Shown here piece after piece: positions 36,912 to 45,700 of a stretch of DNA of 64,000 nucleotides. Position numbers and translations under genes: made by a program. The notes beneath the pieces were generated by a model. It made no database searches, had not been told where the DNA came from, and was given only the letters and a program-made list of their open reading frames with translations. Source of the stretch: an uncultured virus (IMG/VR IMGVR_UViG_3300035183_001077) (lineage: Duplodnaviria > Heunggongvirae > Uroviricota > Caudoviricetes); the IMG/VR virus record IMGVR_UViG_3300035183_001077. One strand, written 5' to 3'. The first letter of the stretch is position 1. Each line of letters starts with the position of its first letter.

Positions 36912-37805
36912 TTATAATTCTCCACGTTCGCCTTTCAAAATTAATCTTGTTTCAAATACATTTCCATATCGAATTTCTTCACCGGCTATCTCACCATAAG
37001 CTACACCAATAAAATCAATCAGTGCTACTGGTTTGGTTGGGTTATTTATATCCTCGACAGTGGCGACAGAGAAATCGCTATCGGGGTGGTTATAGTTTGG
37101 AGGAGAAAAAACTGAACCAAGAAATATACTTGCCGGATAAAAATCTGGAGCGGCAACATATGCAGATAATTGTCTCTGTTCAGGTACAAGTTTGAGTATA
37201 ATTACACCAAACCTATCATAAAAAACTAAACCACCAGGTCTACGATCAAAATTCTTTAATACTATGTTGCCACCTCCACCACTAGAAGCCCACCTGAGAG
37301 TACAACTTAATGCTAATTCATTATCAGGATAAGCTTTATATAAAGCCAAATCTGCATATATTCCTGTATCTAGCACTGGTGGAAATCCTAATCCAATTCT
37401 AAGCCTCCCCAACGTTAAAAATTTGAAAACTACCATAGTTATACGTGGAAGCACTCTTGTTCTGATACTTAGCCCTATGGTACCTGTAAACGTTTTTGCA
37501 CCTATAATCGGCCAACCGTCAGTAGGAAGCTCTGATTGCAAAGGTTCACGGATAGAACCATATAGTGGATAATTTGGGTATTCATCAGGATAATAATATG
37601 GATAAAATGGGTTATATAACCGCCAGGGACGTTCATCGACGGTTATTAATTCATGAGTAAAAATAGGAGATGTATAAAACTGTCTTAAATATAACGCCGG
37701 ATCAAGTAAATGTTCTTCGTTCCAATTGCTTGGTTTTACAAGAGTGGCGCTTTGTGGAGATGGATCATCAGCAACGGGACTTTTAAATTTATGAAATAAC
37801 CCCAT
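36912..37805 (-). CDS. Putative tail fibre/receptor-binding related protein
   Basis: N-terminal H.F.S.VADD...VKPSNWNEEH resembles a common phage tail-fibre attachment motif. Confidence 0.45.
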   Translation of the reverse strand: MGLFHKFKSPVADDPSPQSATLVKPSNWNEEHLLDPALYLRQFYTSPIFTHELITVDERPWRLYNPFYPYYYPDEYPNYPLYGSIREPLQSELPTDGWPIIGAKTFTGTIGLSIRTRVLPRITMVVFKFLTLGRLRIGLGFPPVLDTGIYADLALYKAYPDNELALSCTLRWASSGGGGNIVLKNFDRRPGGLVFYDRFGVIILKLVPEQRQLSAYVAAPDFYPASIFLGSVFSPPNYNHPDSDFSVATVEDINNPTKPVALIDFIGVAYGEIAGEEIRYGNVFETRLILKGERGEL

Positions 37806-37819
37806 ACTTAATTAATAAT

Positions 37820-38266
37820 TTATTGTAGTTGTATCAGTCCGTCTGTTTGTGAACTATCTATTGTAAATGATTCACCATCCTGAAGCGTAATGGATTGTCC
37901 ATAATCATACCATCCAACAAGTATTTGTGAGTTGGAATTGTTACTGTCCCGTAGCTTGTCAGCATTGTACAAAACAATGTATCTGAATGGTCCAATAGAA
38001 CCACCAGCAGCTGTAAATGTTAAATCTTCAACAACATATTTGTAAACACCACCAGATTCTCCCGTTTCCGACCTTCTAACTAAAGCAGCACCACCAGCAG
38101 GATATCCATTACCAGTGTTAATTTCAACTATGTCAGCTTTAACAGTATTAGTAGCTGCCGGAGCGGTATTACTGAGCATCATCTTATACGTATCCGCACT
38201 AAAATTATGTTTTCCTTCCATAATGTCCTTTACGACTACATTAAATTTGTTCATTGTTGCTGGCAT
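37820..38266 (-). CDS. Phage tail-associated structural protein
   Basis: GNGYPAGG, TFTAAGGSIGPFRYIVLYN and LVGWYDYG.SITL.DGESFT, typical of a widespread ~140-aa phage family; AAGGAG RBS. Confidence 0.7.
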   Translation of the reverse strand: MPATMNKFNVVVKDIMEGKHNFSADTYKMMLSNTAPAATNTVKADIVEINTGNGYPAGGAALVRRSETGESGGVYKYVVEDLTFTAAGGSIGPFRYIVLYNADKLRDSNNSNSQILVGWYDYGQSITLQDGESFTIDSSQTDGLIQLQ

Positions 38267-38360
38267 AAGCTATCTCCTTAATTAGTTCTATGGCATGGTT
38301 CCTGCATAAATTATACACATTGACATAATTTTTTCTATTATCAACAACCTCAGTAGCAAA

Positions 38361-40304
38361 TTATAAATTATAAAGTTTCTTGGACTCTTGTTTGGCTTTC
38401 TCAATATCTGCTTGTGTTGGGCCGTATGTATATGGTACTTTACCAAATCTTGTACCTTCAGCAAGAGCAGGAACAAAGCTCGCGTTACCATAAAGATATG
38501 ATTTAGCTCCTCTTCGTAAAGCATCTGCCAGACTTTTATGCAAATGAGAGCCAAGTTGTCTTGTCATCCAATCTTCATGTTCTTCCAATTGATCAAGAAC
38601 TCTTATATAGGTTGGTTCAAAAGGCGGCGGGTTGTCGTGAACTGTAATTTCTTTAATATTAAATTCTTTCAGCGTCTGTAATACTGATGGTCTGATCTTT
38701 GTACCAATGGTATAATGCAAAACCGGTTCTTCAAGATATTTTCCCAACGCTTCGGAATTTACTCCCACTACTTTACTACCTTTGCGTGGTTTCCAGTAAT
38801 AAGCCAGCTTATTATACGAAACAACATCACCAGGCATAAATGGATCAACAAAATCGGTCATAACTACAGTATTGATAACTCCAGCAGCAAGAACCTCAAG
38901 ATTTTTCTTATTGGCTTTTATACCACCTTTTTGTAATAATCTGTCAAGAATTTGAATAAACTGCCTTCTTGCTTCACCTATATGTTTATGCTTTGTTATT
39001 TGTACTAAATTGGGAATACCTTCAAGTATTTGATCACCAGCTTCTATTTTATCTCCTTTCTTAACCAGAATCTCATCATCCTGCGAAGCATAATATACTG
39101 TTTCAGTGCCGTCTGGAGATTTAATAATAATTGAATAATCACCAGTTTCTTTATTTTTAACTATATCTTTTACAATTCCATCAACATCAGAATGCACTGC
39201 CATTACTTGAGCAGTAGGGCTGGGTAAGAAAAATAAATTTAAATCTTGTAGAATATCCGTCGCCCGTTTAGAAGTCTTTATACCTCCAGTATGTTTTGCA
39301 GAAATCTGAGCCTGAGTAATCGGCTCTGTAACTGCCTGAGCAGCAATAATTCCAACATATTCACCTACAGGAGTGGGAATGTTTCTTTCTCTTACTCCAA
39401 CATCATAAGAACTGAAACCACCATGTTTGGAAATAGAAATAATCGGACTTCTAATTAATATTTTATCAACCCCTTTCTGGCGTAGATAAGCCAGAACTTC
39501 AGGAGTAATTAAAGTATTCTGTTTGAAATGCAGTACAGGTTGAGCCAGTAAAGAACCGACTATATCAGGATCATCCGTAGGAACTGGATATCCTAATTTA
39601 TATTTATAAAATAACGGCGAATCTGTTTCGGTAACGATTTTATCGTGAAGTACTTGTAATAATTCCTTATTCAATGCACCGGCACCTTTAGTTCCAGCAG
39701 CAAGGAAATAAAGACCAAACCTTGCTCCATACGAACCTGCCCACATCTGATGAGGATATAAACCTTTAACAAATGGTCTGGTAACAAAGATTGGAATAGT
39801 ATCGAGTTTATTATCTGTATAAACAATATCACCTAATAACAGTCCTGTAAGCTGCGTGGGGTTACCTCTGGCACCGGATAAAACCTGTAAAACTAACGCA
39901 TTATTTTTCAATCTTTCATCTTTTAATAAACTTTTTTGTAATTCATCAATAGTTTTAGCGCCTAACTTTCCAAATTCAGTTAATAATTTCTGTCTGTCGT
40001 TTCCATAACGTCTGTATAAATCATATTGCTGAGATTCAAGTTTTTTAGTAACTTTAAAATAATCTGGTGGAATTTGAAAATCTTCAGGTTTGGGAGAAAA
40101 AATTGTATTGAAGAAAGTAGATTCTCTACCTAATTCAAGTAATTCATTAACAATATCGCTATAACGGTCTGGGTATTTTTTATAAACATCAGTTAATATT
40201 TTTTTCAGCTGAGATTGTGTTAAATCTTTATTTATTTGAGAGTGATATTCTTCAGGCAGAATAGATAAAAGTAAAGATCTGGCGGCGCTATCAGAATAAA
40301 TCAT
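38361..40304 (-). CDS. rpoC: RNA polymerase beta' subunit, C-terminal part
   Basis: SGARGNPTQL; bridge-helix-like SYGARFGL...T..AGALNKEL; trigger loop GEYVGIIAAQAVTEPITQAQISAKHTGG; sandwich-barrel-hybrid VKKGDKIEAGD. Confidence 0.9.
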   Translation of the reverse strand: MIYSDSAARSLLLSILPEEYHSQINKDLTQSQLKKILTDVYKKYPDRYSDIVNELLELGRESTFFNTIFSPKPEDFQIPPDYFKVTKKLESQQYDLYRRYGNDRQKLLTEFGKLGAKTIDELQKSLLKDERLKNNALVLQVLSGARGNPTQLTGLLLGDIVYTDNKLDTIPIFVTRPFVKGLYPHQMWAGSYGARFGLYFLAAGTKGAGALNKELLQVLHDKIVTETDSPLFYKYKLGYPVPTDDPDIVGSLLAQPVLHFKQNTLITPEVLAYLRQKGVDKILIRSPIISISKHGGFSSYDVGVRERNIPTPVGEYVGIIAAQAVTEPITQAQISAKHTGGIKTSKRATDILQDLNLFFLPSPTAQVMAVHSDVDGIVKDIVKNKETGDYSIIIKSPDGTETVYYASQDDEILVKKGDKIEAGDQILEGIPNLVQITKHKHIGEARRQFIQILDRLLQKGGIKANKKNLEVLAAGVINTVVMTDFVDPFMPGDVVSYNKLAYYWKPRKGSKVVGVNSEALGKYLEEPVLHYTIGTKIRPSVLQTLKEFNIKEITVHDNPPPFEPTYIRVLDQLEEHEDWMTRQLGSHLHKSLADALRRGAKSYLYGNASFVPALAEGTRFGKVPYTYGPTQADIEKAKQESKKLYNL

Positions 40305-40336
40305 ACCAGTTGATTAATTAATCATGGTGTGAAAGA

Positions 40337-40834
40337 TTAAGGACCCATATCTTTCATTGATGGTCCGCTGCTTATTGGAGGTGGAGGGGGGATAACTCCA
40401 GGGTTAGGTCTAACAGGCGGTAAAGGCGGACCTCCAGAAGGTCCAGGTCTAACTGTTCCTGTAGCCTGTTCAGGAGTTTGACCAGCACCTCTGGCTATAC
40501 CAGGCTGACCAGTTCCAGGTCTGGTAACTCCTGGTGGTCTTGGTGCTGGTTGTGGTTTGGCTCGTGATTTCCAATCTTCTTGTCTTGCAGCTAATAGTCT
40601 TTTATTGGCCTCAATGTATTTCGCGTATAATTCAGCTGCTCGTGGATCGCGATTCCGAAAAGCTTCCTGATATCTTTGTAATGCTTTCTCGCGTTCGCGT
40701 TGAGCCTCTGCAATTCTTCGTTGATTTTGTTGCAGAGGTGTAAGATTTGGCCTCGCAGTACCTACAGGTGCATTGCCAGCTTCTCGTATTTCGCCTTGGG
40801 CTGTTTTGGGAAAAAGAAAGAATAGTTTAGACAT
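40337..40834 (-). CDS. Hypothetical Pro-rich protein
   Basis: 165-aa ORF coupled to the upstream gene. Confidence 0.65.
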   Translation of the reverse strand: MSKLFFLFPKTAQGEIREAGNAPVGTARPNLTPLQQNQRRIAEAQREREKALQRYQEAFRNRDPRAAELYAKYIEANKRLLAARQEDWKSRAKPQPAPRPPGVTRPGTGQPGIARGAGQTPEQATGTVRPGPSGGPPLPPVRPNPGVIPPPPPISSGPSMKDMGP

Positions 40835-41634
40835 TACGCTGCCCTTATTATTTTGCCAATGAGTTGTCTTGGAAAAGGATTAAATCTTACTTTTGGTCCA
40901 GCTAAAGTGTCAATAAAAGGAAAACTATTCTGGACCAATTTCTGGCGTTGCTTCCACCACTCCATCATATCGTTTCTTATCGACATAGCTCGTTGCTGAA
41001 GTTCCAGAGGAGTGATTAAACCACGACGAAAATCTGCCTGAGCCTTTTGCCATTGCTGACGATAATCGCTTAACGCGTTCATCCATTCTTGTTGTAGATG
41101 CTGTCTCCATGTTAACCAGTATGCTGCTGATGGTTGTAATCCTGATGAAAGTAGCTGTGCCATTTCACCCCACCAACCAGGATGTGGCAGCCACGTTCCT
41201 ATCGCTTTTGATGTATCATTATCTGCATGAATACGAAGTAGTCGTAGTGTATAGAGCGGGTGCGCTGCCGGGTTTTTTCGGTAATCGTAAGAACGATATG
41301 CAGCTTGTAATATTGACGTTACTATATTAAGCCTGTCTCGATCATCTTTTTGATTAAATGATAAAGTATTGCCATCTATACGGGCACCACGATTATATAG
41401 CTCATTAGCCAAATTGCGAGCTATATTCCCGTTAATATAAAGGCGATTTTTTAAAAACGACTCTAGATTTTGTCTATTAGCAATTTCTTGTTGAGCTGCT
41501 CCTGCTGCACCTAATATTCCACCTCCTAGTCCACCTAATATGCCTAGTCCACCCCCTAGTCCACCTAATGCTCCTATTCCACCTAATTCTCCTACTATGC
41601 GAGGTTGATCTTGATTACCTGCTCTTTTAATCAT
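40834..41634 (-). CDS. Hypothetical protein with Gly-rich N-terminal repeats
   Basis: GGLGG/GILGG repeats. Confidence 0.65.
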   Translation of the reverse strand: MIKRAGNQDQPRIVGELGGIGALGGLGGGLGILGGLGGGILGAAGAAQQEIANRQNLESFLKNRLYINGNIARNLANELYNRGARIDGNTLSFNQKDDRDRLNIVTSILQAAYRSYDYRKNPAAHPLYTLRLLRIHADNDTSKAIGTWLPHPGWWGEMAQLLSSGLQPSAAYWLTWRQHLQQEWMNALSDYRQQWQKAQADFRRGLITPLELQQRAMSIRNDMMEWWKQRQKLVQNSFPFIDTLAGPKVRFNPFPRQLIGKIIRAA

Positions 41635-41639
41635 GGCTA

Positions 41640-41897
41640 TTATACCGGTATTACTAATCCGCTCTCTGTCTGCTTTAGTCTTATTCTCTGCGGTAATTTA
41701 CCTTTATATCCTGATTGTAACAAAATTGGTATAAAATCATCATCTCCCGCATGAGCCGTCATGTAATGATTTTTTTTAATTTCGTGAGCAACGGCTATAG
41801 GAGAATCAGATTCGTCAAGAATTATAATTTTCTTTATTAAAACTTCGACCGGTTCTGAATTATCATTTTTATAAAGCAATACTTTCATTGGTATCAC
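41640..41897 (-). CDS. Hypothetical protein
   Basis: 85-aa ORF. Confidence 0.6.
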   Translation of the reverse strand: MIPMKVLLYKNDNSEPVEVLIKKIIILDESDSPIAVAHEIKKNHYMTAHAGDDDFIPILLQSGYKGKLPQRIRLKQTESGLVIPV

Positions 41898-41950
41898 TCC
41901 ATATTTTTATTATAATTATAACGGGCATTAGCAATCTAAGGAATATATCT

Positions 41951-42757
41951 ATGCCAGAAAAAAGCATCAGAGTGAATAGTTTTGTATCGAATCTCATTAA
42001 AAATATTAAATTGGCCGCCACCGAGCCGCCAAATTACCGTCCCGCAGAAAACCCAGGCGTCAAATGTGGTACTTGTAAGCATTATGACAATGCTACTACT
42101 CTATGCACCAAATATGATACTGGTGTAAATGAAGGTTATGTTTGTGATGCGTTTGAACGTAAAAAAGTTAAATTAAGAGCTGTTACTGAAAGTAATGTAG
42201 AAAAACCTGACCTGTTATCTAAAGTAAGTGCAGTTTTATCTCAAGCTCAAGCAGGAATGATGCCGCCTCCTCCACCTGGTGGCGGTATGCCGCCAGGCGG
42301 TGCTCCGCCAATGGATCCCATGATGATGGCAGCTATGGGTGGCGGTGGAATGCCTCCTCCTGGTGGTGGAGGAATGCCCCCGCCTCCTCCAGGTGGAGGT
42401 TCTCCGTTAGACATGGCTTTAGCTGCACCTCCGCCGCCTGGCGGTGGTGGTGATATGGGTATGGGTGGTGGTATGCCTCCACCACCTTCTTCTACAGAAG
42501 AGCCTGGAAAAGAAGAAAAACCCAAGGAAGAAGAAAAATCAGAAAAGTCAACCGACGAAAAATTAGATGAATTGATTTCAAAACTTGACAGATTAATTGA
42601 ACTATTAGAAAAGAAAATGGCAGTTGATGAAAAAGGACCTGCCTCTACAGTTACTGAAGAAAAAACAGAAACTTCTCATGAACCAGTTGTTAAAGAAAAA
42701 ACTTCCAGTGCAAGCGATGATGTATTGAATCAAATTTTACAATTACTGAACGACTAG
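41951..42757 (+). CDS. Protein with a 4-Cys (HiPIP-like) domain, poly-Pro/Gly/Met linker and acidic coiled coil
   Basis: CGTCKHY...C...VCD; MPPPPPGGG repeats; start reassigned to ATG 41951. Confidence 0.65.
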   Translation: MPEKSIRVNSFVSNLIKNIKLAATEPPNYRPAENPGVKCGTCKHYDNATTLCTKYDTGVNEGYVCDAFERKKVKLRAVTESNVEKPDLLSKVSAVLSQAQAGMMPPPPPGGGMPPGGAPPMDPMMMAAMGGGGMPPPGGGGMPPPPPGGGSPLDMALAAPPPPGGGGDMGMGGGMPPPPSSTEEPGKEEKPKEEEKSEKSTDEKLDELISKLDRLIELLEKKMAVDEKGPASTVTEEKTETSHEPVVKEKTSSASDDVLNQILQLLND

Positions 42758-45700
42758 AGTAACCGGCTGATCCAAGGTTATCTTTCCTTCCATCAAATCT
42801 TTCATTAACTGCTTTTTATCATAATATACTTTTCGCGGTTTTGTTCTATCCTCTTTAGTATTAGCCGCCAGGAAAATACCGCCTGCAAAATCCTTAACTG
42901 GAATGTGCTGGGCTTCCATTGTTCTTGGATTAATAACGCCGCGGCTGGGTAATAGTTTCTCAACCGCTTCTAATCTGGCTTCTTCAGTAATAGGTACGTG
43001 AAAGTTCATCTTATCCCCATCAAAATCAGCGTTAAAACCAGTTAAAACCAGAGGATTCAGTTCCATTACATTACTTTTAGTAATTTTTGGCCAGAAAGCC
43101 AGCATACCAAATTTATGTAAAAGCGGTGCTCTATCAATAATGACTGGTCTGAATTTCATTTCTTCTAATAAAGCATTCTTTGCTGATTCATGTTTATTTT
43201 CTATCATTTCCATAGCTGTCTTCGGCGAAATTCCTTTCATAATTAATTTTCTTAAAATAAACGGTCGATACACTTCCCATAATGAATTTTCAGGTAAAGC
43301 AACTTCATCCAATTTAAGATATGGATTAGGAATAATAACAGACATTCCAACGATATCCACGGGCGTAGCCAATAATTGATACTGCATCATTGAATACTTC
43401 GGGCTACCATTGAATACATGATACAATAACCCTCTGATATTTCTATTGTTAGCACTCTTGCTCAATGGATTAGTCAATCCAACAGCAGCTTCCAAACCTT
43501 TATACATCGTTAATATTTCTTCAGATAAATCGCTTAGCTCACCACGTAAATTTTCATAATTTTTAATTGCTCTAATCAAATCTATATATAAATGATTAGC
43601 ATCGGCTATTATTAATGTTTCCTTCTTCTGTCCAGATAACATTGCCGGAGCAACAGGTCTGAAGATGGGTGGTACTACTGGTACTTTTGTCCACAACAAA
43701 TCTTTCAAAACTATATCATTATCAATTAAAGTACGCAAGAATATTAAATTTTCAATATATCTTGATTTTTCCTGAGGGTTAGAAGCTGAAAAATATAGTT
43801 CTTTCTGGTGATCGTATAATTTCTTCGCACTTACATTTTCAAGAAAAGCTTTCAAACCGTTCGGGCCGGAATAATATCTACTCACAAGGTTGGCTTTTTC
43901 TGGTTTGACGTAGTTTCCATTACTATCTACACCAGCCCGTCCTGATAAAATATCAAGAAATTCAGTTTCAGTCCAACCAAATAACTTGCGAATAAACGGA
44001 GCTACCATAGGATTTGGCAAAGGTACTGGCAATTTGATTGCTGTCCATAGCGTTCCATCAACTCCGCCTGTCAGTTTTTCATCAAATAGACCTCCAGGCA
44101 ACGGTTCAGCTTTCCCTTGAGAAGTAATCTTTAATGCTTTTTCAGACTCTATATACCTGCGATGTGCTAAAACATCTATATCCGTATCAGTTAGTGGAGA
44201 TAAAGACAAATAATCTCTTTTATCATTAATTTTTATTCCCATTCCTGTTAAGTATGCAAGAAACTTCTTATATACAAGTGGAGATTCAAGTGTAGGTAAC
44301 GGCAAGCCATAAATATAATTATGCCAGAATACATCATTTCTTTGTCCGCGGATTAATTTAATATCTCTCAAAATATTTACAGCACCGTGAGCAAGTAATC
44401 CGTAAGTATTTAATAGCCCTACACGTTTAGAGTTAGAAACTACAATCCAATCTGCCGTAATATAATTTGATTCCGGATCGATGCTGAAATCATACATATA
44501 TTCTGATTTGTAAATAGGATGATCCTGAGGCAAAACTTCCACACTTACAACTTCATCGGCATGAATGGTGATTTTATTCTTTTCTTTATCGGATAGATTA
44601 TCTTGATCAGAAACCGAAAACGAAGAAGAAACAGTTACAGGCTTACTGATAAAAATACCATAAATATTATTTTTCAATTGATATAAGGAAAAGCCTAAAC
44701 CTGAATCATTGATAAGATTCTGAGACAAATATCTAACACAATTCGCCAGCAAACTATCAGTTGATTGCTTATCGAAAATTAATTTATCTACTAAACATTG
44801 CTGTGCTAAACGACAGTAGTACTGCCTGTTATTGAACGCGTTTTCAAGTATTGTTAATATTCTTTTTTCACAATTTTTAAATTCAAGGGATAAGCATCCG
44901 GATTTAGTAAGTTTACCACAGAAAGCTACAAGCAAAGAAGCGAAGAAATAACTGGAGCTTACAGCATTAGTTATCTCATCATCTATATTAGTGATAATAC
45001 TTCTAAAATAGGAATTGAAATACCACGAAGGATTAAAGTGTAGTTTTACGGAATAAACTTTTTCATCTACTCGCATCTCATCGGGAGCTACAAACGGTTT
45101 CAAAACGGAATAAAGTAATTGTTTCAAATGATAATTTTGAATATTAAATTTCACAAAAATGCAATCCTTCTTCATTACTAAATCGAACAACAAGTACAAA
45201 ACTAAAATAGTAGATCTCTGGTAAAAATTAGGTTCGATAGTAGCAACAAGAAGCTGATCACCTTTCTTAATTTTCTCTGCCAGCTTGATTGTTCTATCAG
45301 CCAGCAGCATTTTATGATTTTTACTTACAACAACTTTCCTACCTTGAGCAGTTTTTATTTCTACAAAGAAGTTTTTGTTAGGAATGAGATAAGAAAACTT
45401 ACTCGATGGACGACGCAAAACAATTTCAGAATCATTAACAGCTACTAGAGCATCTTCGACATAATTGTCAGCAGAATGAAGATATTTAACAGTTTTAATG
45501 CCGCTGGCAGTCAGAACTTTTTCTGTAGCTGGTAAGCATCCATATTCACCACCTTTTGTGGGAGTATCTTCAATTGTATAGCCGCCAAAAGAACGACCAG
45601 ATAATGCATGTTCGCTGATAAACTTTAATTTCAAAAAATACCTATTTCCCAGCGATATGTTTGGTAATTTCTGACCAGTAACAGGATCTGTCAAGGTTGC

